Virus record (IMG/VR): IMGVR_UViG_3300032167_000055
Source of the DNA: an uncultured virus (IMG/VR IMGVR_UViG_3300032167_000055)
Taxonomy: Duplodnaviria > Heunggongvirae > Uroviricota > Caudoviricetes
Direction: 5' to 3' (one strand)
DNA: 64,000 nucleotides
Shown: in pieces, positions 8,571 through 17,925 of the stretch
Position numbering within the stretch: position 1 is the stretch's first letter
Layout: each line of letters begins with the position of its first letter
The notes under the pieces: generated by a model
Told to the model about the DNA's origin: nothing
Seen by the model: only the letters and a program-made list of their open reading frames with translations
Database searches by the model: none
Program-made: the position numbers and the translations under genes

Positions 8571-10697
8571 ATGAAACGAGTTATTGAATTAACTGACGTA
8601 AAACTTGGACTAGAAAAAGGTACAATAAGTGTTGATGAAGCATCCAACGTTTTACGTCGTAGAGATAATCAAGAATTTATTCATACTATAATTAAAGAAT
8701 TTGATAGTGGCATGACTGCATTAGATGAATCAACGGCTGCTATAATTGGAAACATTGTAGATATCGCATATTATATCTACACTTATTCAGGATTAGATAC
8801 CGGATTAACTGATAGTGAGTATGATAAATTGTATGAAATGCTTACTTTAAATGGTAAAGAAGACTTTGTTACTTTACCCCTTATGAATGAAAAGAATAAA
8901 GAAGTTTCTTATCATTCATTTCCAAAGCTTAGAGGTACCTTAAGTAAAATTCATTATTTACACCATCCGACTGAAAAAGAAAATAAATCAAGAAAATCAC
9001 TTGATATGTGGATTGAATCTGCTGAGAAATCTTATTACCAGAAAACCGGAAAACATATAAATTTTAGAGATCTTGATGTGTATGTATTTCCTAAATGGGA
9101 TGGGGTTTCAGTTATATTTGAATTTGAAGAAGATGGAACTTTAATAAAAGCTTTGACACGAGGATATACCAAATTTAATACAGCAGAAGATATTACCCAC
9201 CATTTTAGAGGACTTAAACGACCTATTAGACGATTAGAAGGTGGTAGTGAAGATTCCGAAGAATATGGTCTTAAAACTGAAGTTATGGTATTAGAAGAAT
9301 CTGTTCTTGAATATAATGCTATGTATGGTAAGGACTATAAACAATCAAGATCTATTGCTAGTGGTATTATTAATTCCGATAAACCTGATGAACGAAATAA
9401 ATATCTGGTTATAATGCAGCTTAGATATATTACGAAAAATGATGATGTCGAGAAACTGTGTCCTGAAGTGTTTGATCATCCATTCATTATGTGTAAACTT
9501 GGAGATTACGATAAAATTGAAGAGTTTGCACAAGATCATAGATTTACCGAAGGATTAAGATGTGATGGATGCGTAATTCATATAAAAGATGAAAATATCC
9601 AACGTATTCTTGGTAGAGAAAATGATAAGAATGCTTTTGAAGTAGCATACAAATTTACTGAAGAATATGAGTATACTACCGTTGAAGATATTGAGTTCCA
9701 GGTTGGATTATTAGGAAGAATTACACCAGTTGTTAAAATTAAACCTGTAAAGCTTAAAGGAAATACAATATCATCAGCATCACTTAGTAATATGGATAGA
9801 TTTAATGAACTTCACCTTGCAAAAGGTGATAAAGTGAAAATACTTTATGACATTATTCCATACGCTACAATCGATGGTGAATGTGAATTTGATAGAAGCG
9901 GAAATAGCCCAATTAAACCTAAAGAAAAATGTCCAAGCTGCGGATCTAAACTTGAACGTCAAGGTGCATTTTTGGTATGTAACAATGTAAACTGTGATTG
10001 CAGAAAGAAAGGTCGTATCTTAAATTATCTTGTAAAATTACGTATACAAGATATCTCATATGCTACAGTTGATGAACTTTATGATCTTGGTATTTTACAA
10101 AGTATTGAAGATATATATAAACTTCATAAACACGGAAAACTTATTTGCTCTATTCCAGGTTTTGGTGAAGTAAGCTTTAATAACTGGATAGACCAGATAA
10201 ATGATAAAAGACGAGTTCCTGATTATTTGGTTCTTGGTGCTTTAGGTATTGATGGAATTGCGGAAAAGAACTTTTCAAGGATTTTATCAAAATATGATTT
10301 CGATGAATTTATGGATATCATTGAATCTGGTGATATTGAAGCTTTAACAGAGATCGAAGGAATTGGTGAAAAGAAAGCCAAGAAGTTAATATCTGGAATT
10401 AAAGATAATAAATCACTCATTAAGTTTTTATGGAAAGAACTTGACATTTATCACAAAGATATATCAAATGCCAAGTTTACAGTGTGTTTCACCAAGGTTC
10501 GAGATATTGAACTTGAGACATATATTATTAATATGGGTGGAGAAGTTGTAGATAATGTAAATGCAAAAACTTCAATACTTGTAGTACCTAATTTGGACAC
10601 AACATCTGGTAAAGTTAAACTTGCAAAGAAACACGGTGTTCGAATTGTGGAAATTGATAAATTGAAATCCGTTATTCAAAGAAGATACGGAAATTAA
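8571..10697 (+). CDS. ligA: NAD-dependent DNA ligase, 708 aa
   Basis: TDSEYDKL, KWDG adenylation motif, ALTRG, DGCVI, AYKF, QVGLLGRITPV OB fold, CPSC/C/C zinc finger, HhH motifs, C-terminal BRCT. Confidence 0.95.
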   Translation: MKRVIELTDVKLGLEKGTISVDEASNVLRRRDNQEFIHTIIKEFDSGMTALDESTAAIIGNIVDIAYYIYTYSGLDTGLTDSEYDKLYEMLTLNGKEDFVTLPLMNEKNKEVSYHSFPKLRGTLSKIHYLHHPTEKENKSRKSLDMWIESAEKSYYQKTGKHINFRDLDVYVFPKWDGVSVIFEFEEDGTLIKALTRGYTKFNTAEDITHHFRGLKRPIRRLEGGSEDSEEYGLKTEVMVLEESVLEYNAMYGKDYKQSRSIASGIINSDKPDERNKYLVIMQLRYITKNDDVEKLCPEVFDHPFIMCKLGDYDKIEEFAQDHRFTEGLRCDGCVIHIKDENIQRILGRENDKNAFEVAYKFTEEYEYTTVEDIEFQVGLLGRITPVVKIKPVKLKGNTISSASLSNMDRFNELHLAKGDKVKILYDIIPYATIDGECEFDRSGNSPIKPKEKCPSCGSKLERQGAFLVCNNVNCDCRKKGRILNYLVKLRIQDISYATVDELYDLGILQSIEDIYKLHKHGKLICSIPGFGEVSFNNWIDQINDKRRVPDYLVLGALGIDGIAEKNFSRILSKYDFDEFMDIIESGDIEALTEIEGIGEKKAKKLISGIKDNKSLIKFLWKELDIYHKDISNAKFTVCFTKVRDIELETYIINMGGEVVDNVNAKTSILVVPNLDTTSGKVKLAKKHGVRIVEIDKLKSVIQRRYGN

Positions 10698-10753
10698 TTT
10701 ATATAAGAACTAACCCAAGTTCTAGAAAATACCATATTAAGGAGGAGAAATGC

Positions 10754-11269
10754 ATGGGTAGCAATTATTGGACTCTTGACGGAATGATAGATTCCGGTAA
10801 GAAGAAAAAGAACAAGGAATCCAAAGAAAAGAAGCACGGTAAGGAGAAAGACAAAGACAAGAAGAAAAAGAAGAAAACTAAAGGAGTAAATTCTACTTTA
10901 GAAAATCATTCTTGTTATTCGATTATTAAGGCTGATAAGAAGTGTCAACCTAGTAACGATTCTGTGTATGTTCCTTATGCTGATTTCTTGAAGAATGATG
11001 GTGAAGGAATATATGTTGTTCGAGCATTAGTAGGTGATACAAAGCTTGAGACATATATCATTAAGTCTGATGAGTTTGAATTCCCGAGAATTGCTTTATC
11101 TAAGTCGGGTGATAGTTACAAAGACTGGCTTAGAAAGAAATTAGAATCTATGGATTCTGATGTAAACGTTAACAAAATTCTTTATGGTAGTTCTGTTAAA
11201 AAGATGGAAGTTCCTAAGGGATTTTTAGCTAAGGTCATTAAAAACAGTAAGTCTTCAGATGAAGATTAA
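10754..11269 (+). CDS. Hypothetical protein with poly-lysine N-terminus, 171 aa
   Basis: SD AAGGAGG; DSGKKKK motif. Confidence 0.75.
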   Translation: MGSNYWTLDGMIDSGKKKKNKESKEKKHGKEKDKDKKKKKKTKGVNSTLENHSCYSIIKADKKCQPSNDSVYVPYADFLKNDGEGIYVVRALVGDTKLETYIIKSDEFEFPRIALSKSGDSYKDWLRKKLESMDSDVNVNKILYGSSVKKMEVPKGFLAKVIKNSKSSDED

Positions 11270-11366
11270 TCTATAAAATGTGCCTTGGATAATTTATCAT
11301 TTTTCAAGGCACATTTACTTACTGGTCATTATTGACTTATTACGGTTTGAAAGGAAGGTTAACCCA

Positions 11367-11918
11367 ATGAGTAAAAAGAGCGATTACTCTAAAGTGTTTG
11401 GTGGAAAATCCAAACATGACACCAAGATCAAAAAGAGTAAAAACCAGAATATCTTTGGTATTGAAGACTCTGGTAAAAAGAAAAAGAAAAAGAAGAAATC
11501 GAAACCTGAAAAGGTTGAGAAAGTATTACGTAACATGCTTAAAGATGAAATTGCTGACGATACTTTGTCAGAATTCATTATCTGGGAAAAGATTAATGAT
11601 CCCGGAATTAAATCTTTTAATGATATTTCAGAAAGATGCAAAGGTCTGTTTGTTCTTGAAGTAACCATTAACGGTGATGAAAGAGCACTGGTTCCTGTAA
11701 CAGTAACACCGAACAAGGAAGTTCTTCATGCTGAAACACATGAACCTATCGAAGAAGTATTTGCGCACTATTCTACCGATGGTGAAATTACAGAAACAGA
11801 TCTTGCTGTTGCTAAAGATGCTTTATCAAAAGCAGAACTTGTCGATGCTGTTTATAAGATCGACACTAACAAGCTCATGGAAAACATCAACTTATTCAAC
11901 ATTGTTGATGAAGAGTAA
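11367..11918 (+). CDS. Hypothetical protein with poly-lysine N-terminus, 183 aa; probable paralog of the previous gene
   Basis: Start moved to the ATG at 11367 (SD GAAAGGAAGG); DSGKKKKKKKK motif. Confidence 0.75.
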   Translation: MSKKSDYSKVFGGKSKHDTKIKKSKNQNIFGIEDSGKKKKKKKKSKPEKVEKVLRNMLKDEIADDTLSEFIIWEKINDPGIKSFNDISERCKGLFVLEVTINGDERALVPVTVTPNKEVLHAETHEPIEEVFAHYSTDGEITETDLAVAKDALSKAELVDAVYKIDTNKLMENINLFNIVDEE

Positions 11919-11938
11919 AAGAAAGGATAAAATACCAT

Positions 11939-12532
11939 ATGAAATTGATGAACACCCAGGATTATATTAAGTCCTTGAAAGAACTTGTAACTGAACTCGG
12001 AAAAGAAGCTTCCGATTACGCAATCAGTTTCCGTCCTGATACTTCAAAAGAAGAGAACGGTTCACTGACATTTGTGTTTGTCATTCGTAACAAGAAGAGT
12101 GACAGATCTAAAGAGTATAAGATTGCTCTGTACATCTTCGAAAACAAGAAAACCGTAACAAGCTTTATTATAAATGGCAGAACGTTGAATATGCTGTTTG
12201 AAAATTCCACAATCAATTCTCCTAATGTGGCACTTCATTATCTCAAAGATATATTATTATCAGAGGTAAAGTGGATACGTGAGCTTGAAGAGACTGTAAG
12301 AAAGCAGGAAGAAGAACGCAAGAAGAAGCGTATGGCTAACAAAGGGAATTCCGGTAAGAAACCCTATAACAATAGGGGTGGACAGAAGAATTTCCATCAG
12401 CAGTCTGGTAAGAAGCCTTATAACGGAAACAGAAATGGAGGGTCTAACCATCACAATTCCGTTGGAACAAGACTTAATATCCGTACCACAAAAGGTACCT
12501 TTGGAAATTCTAAATCAGGAGGTCAGAAGTAA
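11939..12532 (+). CDS. Hypothetical protein with basic G/N-rich disordered tail, 197 aa
   Basis: SGKKPYN repeated twice; SD GAAAGGA. Confidence 0.75.
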   Translation: MKLMNTQDYIKSLKELVTELGKEASDYAISFRPDTSKEENGSLTFVFVIRNKKSDRSKEYKIALYIFENKKTVTSFIINGRTLNMLFENSTINSPNVALHYLKDILLSEVKWIRELEETVRKQEEERKKKRMANKGNSGKKPYNNRGGQKNFHQQSGKKPYNGNRNGGSNHHNSVGTRLNIRTTKGTFGNSKSGGQK

Positions 12533-13242
12533 TGACAAAAGCAGAAGAGTATTTTGACAATGTAGTTGTGGAAGATCGCGACTATATCGAAACAATTGCG
12601 GAAATGGCTCGTCCGGATATTTACCGTAATTTCAAAATCAAAATGGGAAGTAATGCAGTTCCCATCTCAATTTATGCAGTTGTATTTGACTGTATTATGA
12701 AACACCTTAAGTCTCTTCAGAAGACAAAGGAGTCTCATTCTATTATTATCGCTAACAGACTTGAGATTGGTTTTACAACAAGTTTTGATGTTGAAGAAAA
12801 CCAGGATCTTGAGAAACTTGGTAACTTTATGCCGTTCATTAAGCATATTGAAAATGATAAGCTTACTGAGGTTGATGAAACAGAAGATAAGTCTGTTATC
12901 AGATGTACTCAGTGGAACGAATCTAATATCACTACATCTATTGATGACGTGAAGCAGATTACGAAGTTAGCAGTTGATAAGGTAAGTTCTGAATTATCTA
13001 TTCAGGGTGCAAATCCGGAAATTATTATGCCTATTTTCTGTTCTATCCATGATAAGGTAGTAGAGTTCATGAAGCTTAAGAGAGCGGAAGAGGATAAGTG
13101 GGAACTTCGCATGAACATGGCAGGATGTTATGATATTTATGCAAGGCTTATGGAAGATGGTATCGAGATATCATTTAAGCCTTGTGTATACAGCAAAGGT
13201 CTCATCAAAGAAGACGGAGATGCAACCACAAAATATGAATAA
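12532..13242 (+). CDS. Putative tandem HU/IHF-like DNA-binding protein, 236 aa
   Basis: Two internally similar halves; the C-terminal ISFKPCVYSKGLIK resembles HU PAFKPGKALKDAVK. Confidence 0.45.
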   Translation: MTKAEEYFDNVVVEDRDYIETIAEMARPDIYRNFKIKMGSNAVPISIYAVVFDCIMKHLKSLQKTKESHSIIIANRLEIGFTTSFDVEENQDLEKLGNFMPFIKHIENDKLTEVDETEDKSVIRCTQWNESNITTSIDDVKQITKLAVDKVSSELSIQGANPEIIMPIFCSIHDKVVEFMKLKRAEEDKWELRMNMAGCYDIYARLMEDGIEISFKPCVYSKGLIKEDGDATTKYE

Positions 13243-13258
13243 TAAATAAGTGTATTTG

Positions 13259-13300
13259 AGGATTGTCTTGCAGGTTTTACCCTGTGAGTCAATCCTTTTT
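13259..13300 (+). terminator. Intrinsic terminator
   Basis: AGGATTGtCTTGCAGG...CCTGTGAGtCAATCCT followed by a T run. Confidence 0.75.
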
Positions 13301-13400
13301 ATACCCAAATAAAAAGTTATGTAAATCGGCTTTTATTTTTTGAAGAAATAACTTTTAATGATTTATTATTTATATGAAATAATGGAAAGGAGAACATCTT

Positions 13401-14594
13401 ATGCTACCGTTTTTAAAAGACTTCGTAGGAGATTATGAAGACGAATTAAACGTGGATTTAATGACTAAGTCAGCAGATGGTGAACTTGTTGACTATGTTG
13501 TTGACTCATGGAAATCACTGGAAGTAGTAAAGTACATTAAGTTCTTAGGGTATGAATTTAATACTAGAGAATCAACGATTGATATTAATCGCCATATTTT
13601 CAAACGTAATAAAAACGTTCCCAAGAAATATCAGTACGACTACAAATTGATCAATGATGATAGAGTAGGACTTCTTACAGTTCATCTATTAATCAGTATT
13701 ACAGAAAAAGACCCTAAGACAGGTCAGGAAAAAGTTAGGGAGAAAGTAATCAACAAAGATATGCTTATTCCTCTTGAAGATGATGATGGATATCTTTTCA
13801 TCAATGGAAGAAAGTATTATATGATTTACCAGCTTCTTGAAAAGTCTACATATACGACTTTAACATCGACTGTTATTAAGTCACTTATGCCAATCGTAAT
13901 TAAACGTGTACCTTGTGTACATGAAGATGTAGATGGTAAAGGATATATGTTACCACTCTTTAGAACTTTTGTGTTCCATAGAGAGACTGATGTAATGCTG
14001 TTTGTAGCAGCAAACTTTGGTATTGAATATGCCTTGATCTACCTTAAGGTAGATTCAATTATTCATTTAATTCCAAATCTTGACAATCGTAGAGATGATT
14101 GTTTATATTTCCAGGTTTCATCCAAATGTTATTTGGAAGTAAATGAGGAAATGTTTGAGAAGTGGAATTATGTGCAAGCGGTTGTAGCAGGATTCTTAGA
14201 GATTCTTACAAATCGTTTTGATTTATCTCAGATTGATAATACTGAGAACTTCATTAAGAAACTTACTCCATCTAATACAGTTGAAAAAGGTATGGATACT
14301 TTAACATCATTCAATCGTATGCTCGATGAAACGACAAGAAAGATTTTAAAGATTGATGATTACCATAAGAAAGATGTCTATGCTATTATCAGATGGGCTA
14401 TGATGGAATTTAATCAGCTTCGTATGAAAGATAACTTGTCTCTTGAAAATAAGAGACTACGTTGTTATGAATACGTAGCATCATTACTTACACAAGAATT
14501 TAGTACACGTTTGAATCGTATTATTAACATGGGTGCTAAGGTAACACTTGAAAATATATGCGACATTTTCAAATTCCCTGGAACCCTTCTCATT
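13401..14594 (+). CDS. RNA polymerase beta subunit, N-terminal half, exon 1 (spliced product ~576 aa: 13401-14594, 15260-15339, 16318-16774)
   Basis: GYLFINGRKYYMIYQL matches the beta GxFIING.ERV...QL motif; the frame continues across two introns into beta region D. Variant early promoter TTTATTAT at 13362-13369. Confidence 0.88.
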
Positions 14595-15259
14595 TAACAC
14601 AATGGGTGAGAATAAACCTCTTTAATTGCGGGGACATAATCAATGACACTTACTTACTAAACTAAGATAGTAATATACTTAGTGGCAATGGGTAACTCCA
14701 AAGGTATAGTAAAAAGAGTAAGTTAAGATATAATCCGCAGCTAATTATCTATTCGTTACAAAAAATAAAAGGAGTTAATATATGGGTAATAATATAAAAG
14801 ATAAAATACAAGAATCATTAGGAAATATATTAGTTTCAGAACTTGATGAAGAATTGCAGTATAAAGTAATCAAGATGTTTAGATTAAATAATGAAACAGA
14901 TAATGCAATTTTTCTAATGAAAGAAGGTCATCTAATAATATTAACTGATTTAAAAGAAACACCTTATCATTTAGATAAAGATTTTAATGTAGACCCAAAT
15001 GGAGAAAGAACTGTTACATCATTTAAAGATGTTATAGTTATAGACGAATCCCCAATTACAGGTTTATTAATTGAAGCAATACGAAATAATTAATTTAAAA
15101 CGAATAGATACAAGTTCAACGACTATCGAAAGGGTAGCTATAGAGAAATACTATAGTGAGTAACCAAGTAGAGTAGGAAGTAATTCCGAAATGGGAGGCA
15201 TTTTATATTTGATAAAAGAATATAAAATGAAGATATAGTCTAATTGATTAAATCAATTG
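14595..15259 (+). mobile_element. Group I intron 1, 665 nt
   Basis: P1 TTCTCATT/GGTGAGAA with a U.G pair; begins with an in-frame TAA; P4 TTGCGGGGA/AATCCGCAG; P7 TCAACGACTAT/AAGATATAGTC; P9 hairpin then terminal G at 15259. Confidence 0.92.
14782..15093 (+). CDS. Intron-encoded hypothetical protein with no homing-endonuclease motif, 103 aa
   Basis: SD AAGGAG; looped out by the 12-bp stem TATCTATTCGTT/AACGAATAGATA. Confidence 0.7.
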   Translation: MGNNIKDKIQESLGNILVSELDEELQYKVIKMFRLNNETDNAIFLMKEGHLIILTDLKETPYHLDKDFNVDPNGERTVTSFKDVIVIDESPITGLLIEAIRNN

Positions 15260-15339
15260 CAGAAGATGCATGTTTCAGGAATTTTGCGCTTCAACGAGTG
15301 TATTAATGATATGACATTCTTTAACAAATTTAAATGGAC
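15260..15339 (+). CDS. RNA polymerase beta-N exon 2, 80-nt micro-exon
   Basis: Encodes QKMHVSGILRFNECINDMTFFNKFKW(T), aligning with bacterial SQFMDQTNPLSELTHKRRL. Confidence 0.88.
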
Positions 15340-16317
15340 GAAAGGCTTGTCCCGAAACACAGTAATGTGTTGGAAAAACCTATCTAACTGCGGGAACGTA
15401 TCCGTAGTATATATTTACTAAACTAAGATAGTAATATACTTAGTGGCAATGGGTAACTCCAAAGGTATAGTAAAAAGAATATATACTGATATAATCCGCA
15501 ACGAAGCAACCATTTCATTCAATTTATAATGAATGAAAGAAGGTGAATCATATAGGAAAGAATAGAGGAAATATACCTAGAATAAATAAGAAAGGTGAAA
15601 TATGGGTTCCATTAGTTTATGAAGATATTCGTGAAGGTATGTATGAGATTAGTAATAAAGGACGAATTTATTCTATAAAATCTGATACAATTTTGCGACC
15701 AATTAAGAAACATAATGGATACTATAGAGTTAATCTTTCATCGAAGAAAAAAGGTAAACAAAAAGAATACTCCATTCATAGATTAGTAGCAATTCATTTT
15801 ATACCATTACCTGAAGGATATACTTTAGAAGAACTTCAAGTTAATCATAAGAAGGGTGATAAAAGTAAAAATGGTGCTAAAGATTTAGAATGGGTAACAT
15901 CATCTGAAAACATAAAGCATTCTATTGCTATGGGATTACAAAAAATACGTTATGGTGATGAATCTAATAATCATAAATATGATAGTGATTTGGTTAGACG
16001 TATTTGTGTTAATCTTGAAATGGGATATTCAACTAAAGAAATAATAAAAAGACTTAAGTTGGATCCTAAAGCAGAGAATTTAATTAGGCGTATTAAAGAA
16101 AGACGTCATTGGACAGATATTTCTGATGATTATTATTTCTACTAACTATATGAATGAAATGGTTGTGTGTTCATCGACTATCGAAAGGATAGCTATAGAG
16201 AAATACTATAGTGAGTAACCAAGTAGAGTAGGAAGTAATTCCGAAAAGGTAGGCTCCAATATAATGGTAATAGTTATGTTGGATGATGATATAGTCAGCA
16301 TCAAAATATTTGATATG
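15340..16317 (+). mobile_element. Group I intron 2, 978 nt, with HNH endonuclease
   Basis: IGS GCTTGTCC is complementary to the ligated junction GGAC|AAGC; P2 AACACA-gtaa-TGTGTT; P3 CCTATCT/AGGTAGG; P4 CTGCGGGAA/AATCCGCAA; P7 TCATCGACTAT/ATGATATAGTC; terminal G at 16317. Confidence 0.92.
15543..16145 (+). CDS. HNH homing endonuclease with NUMOD4-like N-terminus, 200 aa
   Basis: YEISNKGRI (NUMOD4), GYYRVNL, HRLVAIHFI, QVNHKKGDKSKN..DLEWVTSSENIKH, C-terminal HTH. Confidence 0.92.
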   Translation: MNHIGKNRGNIPRINKKGEIWVPLVYEDIREGMYEISNKGRIYSIKSDTILRPIKKHNGYYRVNLSSKKKGKQKEYSIHRLVAIHFIPLPEGYTLEELQVNHKKGDKSKNGAKDLEWVTSSENIKHSIAMGLQKIRYGDESNNHKYDSDLVRRICVNLEMGYSTKEIIKRLKLDPKAENLIRRIKERRHWTDISDDYYFY

Positions 16318-16774
16318 AAGCAAAGGTCCACATTCATTAGGGCGCAAGAATAGTAATAACATTTCCGCTAAATATAGAGGATTACACCCGTCATTTATTA
16401 GTGAGTTCGATTTGTTAACTTGCGGCAACAGTGACCCAGGTACGAGCGGGATTCTTTCCCCGTTCAGTAAGATTAAAGGTCTCTATTTTAATAACGATGG
16501 AGAACCTGATTTCTTCCTAACAGAATTTGTTAAGGATATTAATCGTTTGATTAAGAAAGAAGGTCACGAATGTATTGAAATTGAGTTCGAGACCAAAGAA
16601 GAGTATTATGAAATTATGAACTATGTAGAGCATTTCCTTGATAACGACATTGTCGCATATGGAGTATTCAGGGATAAACCTGCAGTTATTTTCCAGCGTG
16701 AACCTGATATGATTGCTGAACATGAAACAGGCGAAGTCACAACGGATTATGAGGATACTGAGGATGATGAGTAA
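16318..16774 (+). CDS. RNA polymerase beta-N exon 3
   Basis: SKGPHSLG...YRGLHPSFISEFDLLTCGNSDPGTSG corresponds to beta LGPGGL...[20 protein letters not shown]. Confidence 0.88.
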
Positions 16775-16789
16775 TCATCATCCTCTTAT

Positions 16790-17272
16790 ATGAAAGGAGT
16801 AAAACCAATGGAAGTATTAAAATTGATTTTTGACTTCTTACTTAAATTAGCAGATGGGCATCAGGGATTAGTGGTATGGTTTGTTATACTTTTCTCATGT
16901 CTTTCTGTGATTATATTATTCTTGTTAGTATGTCAAGTATTTGGGTTGTTTAAATCCATTGAAAGATATCTGCTTGAAAATAAGGAACTTAACACAAAAA
17001 GAAATATTTACCACCGATTTTCTGAAATTGCAAGAAGTGCTCAGCTTGCCGGTGGTTATGTTGAAGCATCTAATATCATGGCACAGTGTGCATTGGTATT
17101 ATTTGGTAAAGTCCAGGCGGATAATGAAAAAGATATTATTGGAGATGATAAGAATGCAAGACCAAAATCAGATGTTTCAAGGAGTGAAGAATCCGTTTCA
17201 AGGGAAAGTGGACAAGGTTCTGATAGAACTTCCGATGGTCCCAAAGAATCTTACGCTAAAGTTACGGATTAG
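16790..17272 (+). CDS. Membrane protein, 160 aa (start may be 16808)
   Basis: Long hydrophobic segment; SD GAAAGGAG before 16808. Confidence 0.6.
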   Translation: MKGVKPMEVLKLIFDFLLKLADGHQGLVVWFVILFSCLSVIILFLLVCQVFGLFKSIERYLLENKELNTKRNIYHRFSEIARSAQLAGGYVEASNIMAQCALVLFGKVQADNEKDIIGDDKNARPKSDVSRSEESVSRESGQGSDRTSDGPKESYAKVTD

Positions 17273-17882
17273 GTTTACTCATAATCAGGATACAATATTA
17301 AGGAACCAAAAATTCGGTAAAGTGGTTAGTCCATCCAGAGTACATATTCAGTCGATAGATGGACAGTCATTATATTTATCAAGTTCACCATTAATTGATT
17401 ATCCGTTTAATATGAGAAGTATGGACGGAAGATTTGATTCTAAAACTACAGTATATTTATCTCATACTCATTTAAATGCTCTTAAACAAACACTTCGTAG
17501 TATGCAAAGAGGTTTTAGTAGACAAGATTTATTTTATCTTGTAAATAACCAATTGCAGATAAATGAAGATATTGTAAAAAGAGAAAAACAACTTCTTCCT
17601 ATAAGGGGTTCTATTATTGAAATCATGTATTGTATAATACGTGAAATGACAGGTAATAATGAGTATAGTATATATGAAGGAATAAGAATGATTAATCCTT
17701 CAAATAATACAATTGCTGAACTTACTGTAGATGAACTTGCGGCTTTTATAGATATACTCGATTCAATAAAACCTGCACAGATTTCAATGCAGGCTACACA
17801 GATGGCATTAGGTCTTTCTACAATGAAACCAGATACTGTTTATGGGCTTAATATCCCTAGAGAACAGATAGTGTCTTCATAA
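17154..17882 (+). CDS. Hypothetical protein, 242 aa
   Basis: SD GGAG before the ATG at 17154; overlaps the previous ORF by 119 nt. Confidence 0.65.
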   Translation: MQDQNQMFQGVKNPFQGKVDKVLIELPMVPKNLTLKLRIRFTHNQDTILRNQKFGKVVSPSRVHIQSIDGQSLYLSSSPLIDYPFNMRSMDGRFDSKTTVYLSHTHLNALKQTLRSMQRGFSRQDLFYLVNNQLQINEDIVKREKQLLPIRGSIIEIMYCIIREMTGNNEYSIYEGIRMINPSNNTIAELTVDELAAFIDILDSIKPAQISMQATQMALGLSTMKPDTVYGLNIPREQIVSS

Positions 17883-17891
17883 TTGAATTGA

Positions 17892-17899
17892 TATATTAT
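17892..17899 (+). promoter_or_regulatory. Early promoter TATATTAT
   Basis: Intergenic exact motif. Confidence 0.7.
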
Positions 17900-17925
17900 T
17901 TATTTAGAAAGGAGAAACCTAACCA

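Noticed and set aside
14669..14678. TATATTAC (phiKZ early consensus) on the minus strand inside both introns
   Set aside because: It coincides with a GTAA-capped intron hairpin; better explained by RNA structure.
16412..16774. Track ORF of 120 aa as an independent gene
   Set aside because: It is the 3' part of exon 3 of the RNAP beta-N gene; the frame is open from 16319 and has no SD.
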